A stretch of DNA of 64,000 bases from Callorhinchus milii (taxonomy: Eukaryota), in NCBI RefSeq assembly GCF_018977255.1, contig NW_024704742.1:76138001-76202000 (forward strand). The letters run 5' to 3'. The notes under the pieces are model-generated. The model worked only from the letters and a program-made list of their open reading frames with translations, made no database searches and was not told the origin of the DNA. The position numbers and the translations under genes are program-made. This document shows positions 51,801 through 62,547 of the stretch, piece after piece (the first letter of the stretch is position 1; each line of letters starts with the position of its first letter).

Positions 51801-54800
51801 AACAGCTGTTGCCAAAAATGCTTTGTGAGCCCCACAACCTACTTAACAACAAGCACTCAGGGCCCAGCTAAACTCTGTAAACCAAGTACAGGATTTTCTT
51901 TTAGTGGACATAGTTAGATTACATTTTTTAAAAATCTTTCTGGTGGGCATGGCCAAGGAAATCAATGACCATCTCTTCCCCCTCTACAATGTATGTGGCA
52001 AATAATCAGCGCATAGACCACATTGAACATAAAACAGAAGCAGAGCCATTATTTAGGTCACCAAAACCCTTAGTGTGCTGCATGCAGTCACCATGCATGC
52101 ATATCAGCCACCTAGAAGATCAGTTTTCTTTCCAGAGGCCATTTGTCAGCCATATCTGACCAAGGTCTGGTGTCACAAGCTACTAGCCTCACTTCTGACA
52201 AGGGAAGTAGCCAGTGTTATGTTTAGTAAAGAGTAACCATGCAGTCTGTTATTTGTTCAGCTACAGCTACGTTATTGATCTGACCTTTTCAGGATTAAGG
52301 ATTTGTCATCACCTCTAGGCCTCTCTTGGATTGCTGTGGATTTCCCTGGCTTGTATGGACGATTCTCCTCAGAATTAGTCCAGGCCTGATACACCTTACA
52401 TACTCTCTCAGGTGGATATAGTTTGAGCTCTCATTTTATTGACCTCAAAAGGGCGAAGGTCTGTGTCGACCCATCAGAATTCAAACACAGAACCATGTGT
52501 TTTTAAGGACAGTACCCAACCAATTGAACTAGTTGGGAAATTTGGTGAATCTACATTAAAAATATTTTAAGCAACAGGATGTAGAACTTGGTTCGTCTGC
52601 TCTTTAGTTCACCCAATGACTTGCAATGATTCCTTTACATCAGATGTATTCTATATAGTAGATAACTCATACAACATAATCACCTGTCATTACATCACAT
52701 TTCTAGGAGGTAGTAATCTCTGCATTTGATACAGCGACCTTATCACATTGAAAGTCCCAAAGTATTTTACAGGCAATTGCAGTACTGACAAGTGTAATGA
52801 CTATTTGTTGGCAAATATGATAAAAGCAATAGTTATTAGAAGATAAGAATTTGCTGGGCGAAAGAAAACCAAGGTCCATCCAGTTTGCCTTCCACCATCT
52901 TAGCATTTGCATGACATGTCATGTCCCAAACTATATATTGTATCCAGAGATATTATTTCCTAACAGCAGGAGACATTCACCTTTCTTTTCAAAGTGTAAT
53001 GAGATCTTCTAACATCCACTTAAACAGACAGACAGAACCTCGGTTTAATGTCTCATCCAAAGTATGAGCCTGCAAGACTTCCCTAGTACTACACTGAAGT
53101 TACAGCTCAGTTATGAGTTCAAGTCTTGACATGGGGATTCAAGATGCATCTTTCCAACTCAGAGGCAGAAACTGTTACCAACCAAGCCAAGCTGTCAAGC
53201 AATACAAGAGCATCTGCAAAGCTTGTGTAATTAGTGAGATGATTCTGCAATGTGATCCTTTCCCTCCCACCCTCTCACCATGGATATCAATGAAAACAGA
53301 GATTTATAGAACTCCCCATGCCATGACAGAAACAGTGTATTATCCAATATATCCAATGTGCTGATAATCGTTCCACATTTGAGATCCATCTAAGAATAAA
53401 GACTTGGGTCATCTTGTACTGGACATAACGACAAACCTTGAGCACCAAGATCATCACGTTCTTGGGAGTTGTTACCCTTCACTAAACATTACACTGTCTA
53501 TTTGCTATCTCACAAGTGAGGCTACTTGCTTGTGACACCAAACCTTGGCCAGAAGATGGCTGTGAACAGCAGCAAACTGATCATCTGGGTGGCTGATAAT
53601 AAGACTGAATGAAACAAAACAGGGTTTTGGCAACCTGTATAAACAGTTCTGCTTCTGTTTTATATTCAATGTGGTCTACGTGCTGATGAATAATGACTGG
53701 GATCATCTTGTACTGGAGAACAGCAACATGCACTTATATAGCATCCTCCACGCAGGGTAGCGTCTCAGAGATAACGTTTGAACATTCTTGGGAAAGATCC
53801 ACTTGGAAGAATAGGAGCTCACTTCATAACACCAAGAGTAAGAAACCTGGACTGTGCTGAGTTAGTTCAGCTGGGATGTTACTGGGGCACTTCAATTGGT
53901 CTTGGTGTTCTTTTCTTTGGGGAGGGGCAAAAGAGGGAAGAATGCAAGAGAACTTGAATGTTACAGTACAGAAAAAAATCATTTCATCCCCTCATTTCAT
54001 CCCATAAAGCTGGTGGTTTTCTCCACAGGAGCCAATGTAACCCCACTCTCCCTGCTCCCACTCATACCCTTTAATATTACTCCACTAACCAATTCCCTTT
54101 TAACAGAATCTATGGACTCTGCCTCAGTTACAGACCAGGTTTGGCGACAATGTTCCCTCATTGCCAAACAGCATAAAGACAACCATTCTCAAGGCCCAGG
54201 GATGGCCAACTTGCAGCCTGTGGTCTAGACTAACATAAGACAAGTGGTCACTTCGTCAAGGAACTGTATCCCAGTAAAAGTCAATATTTTGGTAGCTGTG
54301 GAACAAGATTTTGTAATCCCTTTACCATCATTGCCTCATTTCATGACATCAAGAACCTGCATTTGGACTATGTCCCCTCACTGCATCCATCTACAGATGA
54401 ACAATCATATGAAGAGAAATTTAACTTTGTTGCCCTCATATCTGGACCTCACAATAAAACTGTTGGTTCTATTGCCCCTCTTCTCACACTAATTCCACCT
54501 CAGTGCACTCCATGCAGATGATTTTTTTTAGTAAACTTTTTGCTCGATGACCATTAAAGATTCCCTGTTTATACACAAATTGGTGCAGTTCACCATCCTT
54601 AGCACAGGAGATGCGGTTACAAAGCAAAGTGAGTGAAGATTGAATACTCACTTAAGACCTGGGAGGTCCTTAACACTGACTGTAATTTCACCCGCTTCAG
54701 GGCACAGCTTCTCCACCAGCTCTAATGGGCCCCAGAATGACTTGTTCTGTCCAAGGAATGTTTTCTTAGCTGGTAAAAACATAATATTAAAAAAGATACT

Positions 54801-57800
54801 TAGATAAAATTTGCATTTAAAAACTAGTTGAACATATATATATCAATATGATCAGATATAGCAGATTTGTAAATCTTAAAAAGCTGTATAAATGATGGCA
54901 TATTCTAATCTTTAGATACTAATTGGTATTTCAAGCTATTTTCTCCTTTTATTCTTGTCCTTTTCTTTAATTTGGGCATACCTGTACTGTACATTGAGTT
55001 TTTTAAAATTAGCTTATATAACACATTGGAACGTCCTTCCAACATGAAAAATAATAATAATCCTTGCATTTGACACAGCACCTTATGTTGTTGACACGTC
55101 TCAACAACAACAACAACAACAAGATTCCATTTATAAAGCGCCTTTCACGTCAGGAGGACGTCCCAAGGCGCTGCACAGTTGGGTCTCAAAGCGCTTCACA
55201 GAAAATATTGTAAAGTGGATTGACTGTGTATTTTGTGGGCGAAACGCAGCAGCCAATTGGCACAGCAGTGTCCCACAAACAGTTGTGGATTCAGTTCTCT
55301 CTCTCTTTCGGGTGTTTTTTTCTATTGCTCTCTTTTGGGTGAGACATTAAACTGAGGTTGTGTTTGCTTGTTCTGACAGTTCAGGCTTCAGTTAAAATAA
55401 TCTTTAGATTTGATACAGCCTTCCACATTGAGACATCTCAAAGCACTTCACAGGATACATTGTGAAATGCCAAGTGTATCTGCAGGCTAACGAAGCAGCC
55501 AATTTGCCCACAGCAAGGTCCCACAAACAGCCAAAAAGTGAATGACTGATTTTACCTTGGGACGTCCTCCTGTGGTGATTTTGTAGACAAACGGGAGCTC
55601 TCTTGTTGTCCGGGTCGACTTCCCCCCCACCCACCTCGTTCAACATTCCCCCCAAAAATTAAATCTTTGGTAAATGTGCTGTGGTGGGACTTGGATGGCA
55701 GTAGATAAGCTGTAGTGTTTACCTAGAGCCTTTTTTGTGAACACACCTTTGAAAAGCAGCTCAATGTGTGAAGTGCTTTTGATTTGATAAGACACTATTT
55801 GATAAGAATACAACTAATTCAGAAACAGAACTTTCCTCTGACAGTATTTTTTCAATTCATGCAAATTTGTTGTAGCTGTTGCTTTACCCACTCCCACCCC
55901 CCTTCAAGGTTTCCAAATGGGAGAAGAGGGCAATTCACTTTTTATTCATCATTCACCTTGATCATATGTTAGGCACCTTCCAAGTGAATGTGGACAAAGA
56001 TATTGACAATATAATCATCATTCTTTGGTTTACATTTGCTAAGGTAAAGTTCATCAGACCGGCAGAGCGAGAGGCAAATTACAAAGCTTCTTTCTAAAGT
56101 TAAACAACAACAACAAAATTACATTTGTATAGCGCCTTTCACATCAGGAGGACGTCCCAAGGCGCTGGACAGACAGAGTTACGGACCCAAGCTGGCAGTT
56201 GGGGTGGGGAGGGTGGAGGGCAATGGGGGAAGCAGGGAGATCGAAAGCACGATCGAAGAGGAGGGTCTTGAGGTGGGTCTTGAAGATGGCTAGAGAGGGG
56301 GCGAGACGGAGGGACTGCAGGATGGAGTTCCAGAGGGTGGGTGCAGAGTAGCTGAAGGCCTGCCTGCCAATAGTGGGGCTAGCAAGGCAGGGGGATGTAA
56401 AGCAGGCCGGAGCCCGCTGAGCAGAGGGGGCGAACAGGGTGGTAGGGGTTTAGAGGTTGGAGAGGTAGGGGGGAGCAAGACCATGGAGGGGTTTGAAGGT
56501 GAGGACCAGGATCTTGAACTGTGTGATGGGAAGCCAGTGGAGTCGGGCGAGGATGGGGTGATAGGGTCACAGAGCCTAGTGCAGGAGAGGACGCGGGCTG
56601 CAGAGTTCTGGATGATCTGCAGTCGGTGGAGGGAAGAGTTGGGGAGGCCAACAAGCAGTGAGTTTGCATAGTCGAGCCTCGATGTAATGAAGTCATGTAT
56701 GAGGGTTTTGGTGGCCTGCGGTGTGAGACAGTGGCGGACCCGGGCGATTTTGCGGAGGTGGGGGAAGGCAGAGCAGGTCATGACACGGATGTGGGATAGA
56801 AAGGATAGTTGAGGCTCAAACAAGACCCCAAGGTTCTGGACTGGCTTAGCAAGGTTGAGTGTGCAACCATGGATGGTGATGCTGTCAGCTCCTGAGGTGA
56901 GGAGGTGCTGACGAGAACCAATCAGGAGAGCCTCGGTCTTGTTGATGTTCAACTGAAGAAAGTTAGCTCTCATCCAGGACTTGATGTCTGACAAGACATT
57001 CTGTCAGGATAGCAGTGGCCCTGGAGTCAAGGGTGGAGGCAGAGCTAGAGATGGGTGTCATCTGCATACATTTGGAAGTTGACCCCCATGCCTGCGGATG
57101 ATGTCACCAAGAGGGAGCATATAGATATTGAAGAGGAGGGAACCAAGGACAGAGCCCTGAGGAACGCCGCACGAGACGGTCCAGGGACTAGTGGAGAAGC
57201 CATTTGAGGAGATGAAGTACAGGCGGTGTGAGAGGCACGATCTGAACCAATCAAGGACAGCGCCATGGAGGTTGAGGTGAGAGGAGAGGTGGTGGATGAG
57301 GATAGAGTGGTCAATGTTGTCGAGGCAGCAGAGAGGTCAAGGAGGATGAGGAGGCAGAGGGAGCCGTGGTCACAGATGGACAGAATGTCATTTGTCACTT
57401 TGACCAGGGCTGTTTCTGTGCTGTGGGGGGCACAGAAACCCGATTGGAGGGGTTCGAGAAGGGAGTGACAGGAGAGGAAGGAGCGAAGCTGAGAAGCAAC
57501 AACTCGTTCCAGGACCTTGGAGAGGAAGAGGAGGTTGGAGATGGGCCGGTAGTTAGGGAGTAAAGAATGGTCCAGGGAGGGTTTTTTAAGGAAAGGAGTG
57601 ATGACAGTGGTTTTTAATGGGGTGGGAACAGTACCAGAGGACAGGGAGAGGTTGATGATTAAAATTCATGGCAGTCTTGCAATAGCCACATGGCTCTTTT
57701 TTTTTCTCCACCAATTGTACAATTAATCCAAGGCCTAGCTTTCTGATGGAGGAGTCATATCTTCTATGACTTGATAAGACGCTATATTGAATGCCACTAT

Positions 57801-58032
57801 TCCAGAAACAAAGGTTACAGGATCGATATCTGATACCTGTTCCTAATTTCCAACTCACCTTTAAGGCCATGTTTGAGACAGTGTTCCATTACCACAAAGA
57901 ATTGCTGAAGAGGAGCATAGTCTGAATCCAAGGACCGTCCCAAGTTCAAAGCAGATTCAATAAGACCCTTAATACTCAGCTTTGCCATATTCATTAAATT
58001 GAGTCGTTCAATTGCAATGGGATCCTTAGGAT
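28698..58032 (-). CDS. RUFY3: RUN and FYVE domain containing 3, 5'-partial (exon 1 not found in the window); RUN + coiled coils + degenerate FYVE in the long isoform; short isoform ends at 36795
   Basis: Exons translate to RUFY3-like sequence ([75 protein letters not shown]). All phases are consistent; the gene is tail-to-tail with GRSF1. Confidence 0.93.
29769..29861 (-). CDS. RUFY3: RUFY3 long-isoform exon (first FYVE CxxC)
   Basis: [31 protein letters not shown]; cacag|, |GTATGA. Confidence 0.87.
29961..29988 (-). CDS. RUFY3: RUFY3 long-isoform 28-nt micro-exon
   Basis: ttttag|A TCT GCT GAA GAA ATC AAA GTA GAA ATG|GTCAGT; restores phase 2 to 0. Confidence 0.6.
31505..31590 (-). CDS. RUFY3: RUFY3 long-isoform exon 15
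   Basis: [28 protein letters not shown]; cag|; donor AG|GTATTG, with an alternative AAT|GTAAGC at 31525. Confidence 0.78.
32763..32874 (-). CDS. RUFY3: RUFY3 long-isoform exon 14
   Basis: [37 protein letters not shown]; cttag|, |GTAAAT; phase 2 to 0 fits its neighbours. Confidence 0.8.
33541..33660 (-). CDS. RUFY3: RUFY3 long-isoform exon 13
   Basis: [41 protein letters not shown]; ccag|, |GTAGGT. Confidence 0.9.
35330..35865 (+). mobile_element. L2-type LINE 3' fragment
   Basis: [21 protein letters not shown]...[23 protein letters not shown]. Further decayed pieces at 34690-35285. Confidence 0.85.
36795..36864 (-). CDS. RUFY3: RUFY3 short-isoform terminal exon
   Basis: Long pyrimidine tract, ccaaag|[24 protein letters not shown], similar to the C-terminus of the mammalian FYVE-less isoform. 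Confidence 0.85.
39816..39913 (-). CDS. RUFY3: RUFY3 exon 12 (last shared exon)
   Basis: [32 protein letters not shown]; tag|, AG|GTAAAA, phase 2. Confidence 0.94.
40912..41079 (-). CDS. RUFY3: RUFY3 exon 11
   Basis: [32 protein letters not shown]...[10 protein letters not shown]; ttag|, |GTGAGG. Confidence 0.95.
41123..42326. mobile_element. Non-autonomous hAT (Charlie-type) element with internal GA-rich repeat and a nested L2 fragment
   Basis: TIRs CAGTGTGGTCAAACT / rc CAGGGTGGTCCAACCT; perfect 8-bp TSD ATCTAGAT (41115-41122, 42327-42334); subterminal ggcccgc motifs. Confidence 0.88.
42640..43082 (-). mobile_element. Young L2-type LINE 3' fragment
   Basis: [24 protein letters not shown]; (GTT)n tail. 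Confidence 0.9.
43876..43986 (-). CDS. RUFY3: RUFY3 exon 10
   Basis: [37 protein letters not shown]; tgtag|, |GTAAGT. Confidence 0.9.
45714..45815 (-). CDS. RUFY3: RUFY3 exon 9
   Basis: [34 protein letters not shown]; cag|, |GTATGT. Confidence 0.92.
46508..46577 (-). CDS. RUFY3: RUFY3 exon 8
   Basis: [23 protein letters not shown]; cag|, |GTAAGT. Confidence 0.94.
47932..47997 (-). CDS. RUFY3: RUFY3 exon 7
   Basis: [22 protein letters not shown]; cag|, |GTATTG. Confidence 0.94.
48220..48686. mobile_element. Tc1/mariner-superfamily (pogo/Tigger-like) MITE
   Basis: TA|CAGTCCTACCCACTTATGTCGA ... rc CAGTCCTGCTCACTTATCTTGA|TA; repeated internal GTCGACATAAG motifs. Confidence 0.82.
49126..49190 (-). 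CDS. RUFY3: RUFY3 exon 6
   Basis: [22 protein letters not shown]; tttag|, |GTGAGT. Confidence 0.94.
50569..50692 (-). CDS. RUFY3: RUFY3 exon 5
   Basis: [41 protein letters not shown]; tag|, |GTAGCT. Confidence 0.95.
51313..51414 (-). CDS. RUFY3: RUFY3 exon 4
   Basis: [34 protein letters not shown]; cag|, |GTTAGT. Confidence 0.95.
54652..54769 (-). CDS. RUFY3: RUFY3 exon 3
   Basis: [40 protein letters not shown]; cag|, |GTGAGT. Confidence 0.95.
56103..57650 (-). mobile_element. 5'-truncated L2-type LINE (RT, frameshifted)
   Basis: [53 protein letters not shown]; (GTT)n tail at 56103. Confidence 0.93.
57859..58032 (-). CDS. RUFY3: RUFY3 exon 2 (RUN domain start)
   Basis: ttcag|[35 protein letters not shown]...[14 protein letters not shown]. 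Confidence 0.96.
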
Positions 58033-58537
58033 CTGAAACAGAAAAAGAGCACAAGTTCAGAGTACAAGGTAAAAGACACCAAGCAAAGTCATTCACTAAC
58101 ATATTCACAAATTTATAGATGGAAAGGGCTCATTTCTGTTATAACAGAAATGGTTCTACAAAAACCTCTGAGATGGATGAGTTAAACTACATTGTGCTTA
58201 CATTGTGAAGCGCTTTGGGACGTGTAGAAGACGTAAAAAGCGCTATATCAAAATGCAAGGATTATTATTATTGCTACAGCCAGGAAAACAGATTTTGTCA
58301 GGATTTGGAAAACATGATAAGACTTACTTTAAAAATGCAAAAAAAATTGGCACAATTATAGCACAGGCAACAAAACAACTTTAATGTACTATTACATTCA
58401 GCTAAATCAACTTCATAAACACTGCTAAGACATCCTTTTGATAAGGAAAGGAGCATCTATATACTTTAATTAATTTGGAAACAAAACACGCATAATTTAA
58501 TGCTTCATACAATTCAAAAAATTCTTCAATTCACATG

Positions 58538-58859
58538 TAATAATAATAATAATCCTTACATTTGATATAGCGCTTTTCACGTCGGGAGGACGTCCCAAAG
58601 CGCTTCACAGAACACACTGTAAAGTGAATTGACTGTATATTTGTGGGCGAACACAGCAGCCAATTGCGCACAGCAATGTCCCACAAACAGTCGTAGATTG
58701 AAAATGACCAATTTATTATTGTCTTGGGTTTTTGGAGGGATTATTATTAGGCGTGTGGAGTAAGGAAACTTGTCCAAGGTTTCGCCCTCTGCCTGGAATT
58801 GAACTCAGGTCTCTCGCTTGCAAAGCGAGTGCTCTAACCACTGAGCTACAGGACTCCAC
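58538..58859 (-). mobile_element. Young tRNA(Ala)-headed SINE, full length
   Basis: rc GGAGTCCTGTAGCTCAGTGGTTAGAGCACTCGCTTTGCAAGCGAG..GTTCAATTCC; (ATT)n tail. Confidence 0.88.
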
Positions 58860-58874
58860 AAATTAGGAAGTTCT

Positions 58875-60470
58875 ACTCAGGTCCACTCCCTGACCTGTTC
58901 CTCACGTACATTGATGAGTGTGTCGGGGCCACTTCCTGCTCTCGTAGTGAGTTAGAAGCATTTATAAATTTTGCTTCCACTTTCCACCCCTCCATAAAAT
59001 TCAGATGGATCGTCTCTGACTCTTCCCTTCCCTTCCTCGACTTCACTGTCTCCACGTCAGGTAACAGACTATCCACAGACATTTTCTATATGCCCACCAA
59101 CTCCCACAGCTCCCTTGATTACACCTCATCCCACCCAGCCTCCTGCAAGGATGCCATTCCATTTTCCCAGTTCTTCCGCCTCCGTCGCATCTGCTCTGAC
59201 AATGCAACCTTCCACGCCAGAGCAACCGAGATGTCCTCATTTTTCCTCGACCGAGGATTCCCGACAGTAATAACCAAGGCCCTTGACCGTGTCCGCCCTA
59301 TTTCCTGCACCTCTGCCCTCGCCCCTTCCCCCCCATCCCGGAACCGTGATAGGGTCCCCTTAGGCCTCACCTATCACCCCACCAGCCTCAATATTCAGCA
59401 CATCATTCTCTGACATTTCCTGAACCTCCAGCGTGACTCATCCTCCAAATGCATATTTCCCTTCCCTCCCCTCTCTGCATTCCGAAGGGATCATTCCCTC
59501 TGGGATTCCTTAGTTCATGCCGCCGTCCGCACTACCAGCTGCTCTCCTTCCCCTGGCACCTTCCCATGCCAGCACAGGAGATGTAATACCTGCCCTTTCA
59601 CCTCCTCCCAGACCACTATCCAAGGCCCCAAACACAGCTTCCATGTAAGACAGCGGTTTACATGTACTATCACCAATGTAGTATACTGTATCCACTGCTC
59701 ACGGTGTGGTCTCCTCTATATTGGGGAGACTAAGTGCAGATTGGGTGACCGATTTGCAGAACACCTCCGTACTGTATGCAAGGTCAACCCTGACCTTCCG
59801 GTCTCCTGCCATTTTAACTCACACTCCCATTCACAGTCTGACCTCTCCATCCATGGTCTCCTACGCTGTTCCAATGATCCACAGCGAAAGCTTGAGGAAC
59901 AGCATCTTATCTATCTGCTAGGGACCCGAAAGCCCTCCGGCCTCAATATCGATTTCAGCCACTTCAGACCATAACAGCTCACCTTCCCCCCTCCCCCCTT
60001 TTCTGTTACTAGAAGAGTTATCTTCTGTTATCATTACGATCATCACCCCAGACACTCTTTGTCTCTCTCTGGTGTGTTGCCTGTTCTGTACTATTAACAT
60101 CTCTTCTCCCCAGTTTTGTTTCAACCCACCCCTTTTGTTTTACGCCACTACAACAATAACAACAAAATTACATTTATAGAGCACTTTCACGTCGGAAGGA
60201 CGTCCCAAAGCACTATCACCTCTTTAATCCATCAACTAACACATTTGTTTTCTTTTTTTGTCTTTGTCTTCCTTGTCTTGTCTCCCCCTCTCAACTTGTT
60301 CTTAAAAACCTCTCCCTCCCAACATGCCCCAGTCCTGACGAAGGGTCGTGGACCCGAAACATTGACTCACTTTCCTTTCTCCATAGATGCTCCATAGATG
60401 CTGATCCTGCTGAGTTTTCCCAGTTCTCTCTGTTTTTGTTTCAGATTTCCAGTATCTGCAGTATTTTGTA
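58875..60470 (+). mobile_element. 5'-truncated Penelope-like element (RT C-terminus, GIY-YIG endonuclease, terminal repeat)
   Basis: LFLTYIDE, LPFLDFTV, SSHPASCKDAIPFSQFFRLRRICS, CxxxxCxxC linker, NVVYCIHCSRCGLLYIGETK, RFAEH, PVSCHFN, PSGLN; in-frame TGA at 59411-59413. Confidence 0.92.
60331..60367 (+). ncRNA. Minimal type I hammerhead ribozyme motif in the Penelope terminus (probably decayed)
   Basis: AGTC-CTGACGA-A-GGGTC(gtg)GACCC-GAAAC-ATT-GACT: conserved cores, 5-bp stem II, 4-bp stem I. Confidence 0.7.
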
Positions 60471-62235
60471 TGTTTTTTTAACAACATAATATTACTGCTA
60501 TAATTCCATCCCAATGAATTTTCTTATTGGCTGTTTGCGTTAAGAAGTCAAGTTTAAACTAAGTGATGGTGAGCTGAAAAGCCTAATTATGAAGTGGCCT
60601 CATCACATCGAAACATCTCAAAAGGCTTCTGCTTTTGAAGTGCAGTGACTTATATGGGCCTACAAAAGCTAATCAGTGCCACAACATCCCACACACACCC
60701 CTTAAGTGCAACGATTATTGTTATAAACAATAATAAAATCAACCATTTACATTATTGGACAGTACATTGGGAACAACACTCCATGATTTTATTCAAAACA
60801 GTTCCAATGGAATTGTCAATGTTTACCTTAACTACCAGGCAGGTAGATGGACCTTGGTTTAATGTCTCATTGAATGACAACAACAACAACAACAACAACA
60901 ACAACGAGCTATAAAGCACTCCTCAGCACTGCAGACAATGAACAAAAGTAAAAGTTTGCGTCTTGAACTCACAACCTTCTGACCCAGAATTCTAGTAACT
61001 GAGCCAATACTGTGGATTAGTGGAAATCTAGCCTGATGCCAGCAACAACTGCAAAAATCCCATCTCGAATAGAAAATACTGTGCCGAATTTACTAAAGTT
61101 CATGCAAAGTTCAATTCTTGACACTGAAGAAATAATCTATACAGTGCAGGAGAGTGACGCAAGACTCAATTGGGGAAAGGCTCAAGAGAAGGGACAACAC
61201 CTCCCGTATTGTTTAACAAAACCATTCAATCATCAAAACAAGAGAAACTGGTTCAGAACTATTACAATGTTCAGAACTCAATATTGACTGTGTATGATAA
61301 CTCTAAAGGCTTATTGTATGCTGCTACACCCAAATTATAAATGTAAAACACATTTATGCAAAGAACCAGCCTTCCTCCAACTAAATATTTATAATGTTGT
61401 GAGCACCGCTCTTTAGATCAGTCATGTAGGAACATGTTCTTTAAAAGACTCTCGTCAAGCGCACCTCGGGTCACCTCCCATCTCTCTCCCGACACTGCCT
61501 TTGTGAGGTGCTCCAAGAGGTCATCCTTTATGAAGACCACAATATAAACAAATGAAAGTTGTAACGATTTCAGACAATCAAACTGATCAATAAGGAGCTC
61601 ATAAAATGAGTTGCAGGTGCACAAGCTACTTAGATATCTGCATATTGAGACTGCTCTTACTTAGTTTCTCCTGCACGAACCCCAATGTCACTTAAAATTG
61701 TGGAGTCTATCAAATTGCAGAAGAAAAAGACAAAATATCTGGGGGGAGAGGGGGAATTCCATAGGGCTTGTTTTTAAGAATAACACCCTTCAAAACCTGG
61801 CAATTTCCCACTGTTGCTTCTGAAATCCCCTGGAACACCACAATTCATATCAGAAAACATCAAATTATTAGTATGCATAATATTTTGCATTGAGAAACAT
61901 CTAAATATCCCACACGCTCCGACTGAGTAGACAGTTGTTTCATTTCCCTCCCCCAACCCACACCCACTAATTATATTAAATTCAATTTTCAGGCTGAATT
62001 AGAAATAGGGAATAGGGAATAGGGAATGCAGGCCTCTATTCCTCCGCCACAACAAATGGGATTTTAACTTGTTACCACCCCATGCATTTTTCAAGGAGAT
62101 TTACAAATACATTAGCACAACTTATTGTCCAGTCTTCATGACTCAATCATTTGTTCCAAAAGGACAGATGGACAGGATAGGAGTCCAGAAACACGACACT
62201 GTAGTATTGGCCCAGAACAGCCTTATCCCATTTTA

Positions 62236-62547
62236 CTCAGTGGTAAGAGCACTTGCCTTGCAAGCAAGAGACCTGGGTTCGATTCCCACAGGGCGAAACC
62301 TTGGGCAAGTTTCCTTATTCCACACGCCTGATAATAATCCCTCAAGAAAAAAATAATAAAAATTGGTCACTTTAATCCACGACTGTTTGTGGGACATTGC
62401 TGTGCGCAATTGACTGCCGTATTTCGCCCACAAAACTACAGTCAATTCACTTTACAGTCTATTCTGTGAAGCGCTTTGAGACGTCTGGAAGATGTGAAAA
62501 GCGCTATATCAAATGCAAGGATTATTATTATTATATTATTATTATTA
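62236..62547 (+). mobile_element. Young tRNA(Ala)-headed SINE
   Basis: ctcagtggtaagagcac..ttgcaa..gggttcgattccc, then the family body and (ATT)n tail. Confidence 0.85.

Noticed and set aside
58785..58859. tRNA-Ala(TGC)-like sequence (also at 16066, 23967, 62236)
   Set aside because: No acceptor-stem pairing, and it continues into a SINE body; these are SINE heads, not tRNA genes.
61465..61525. Possible RUFY3 cassette exon DDLLEHLTKAVSGERWEVTR with a G|GTGCGC donor
   Set aside because: The only nearby acceptor gives phase 0 whereas this intron is phase 1. The similarity to a recalled mammalian insert is weak.
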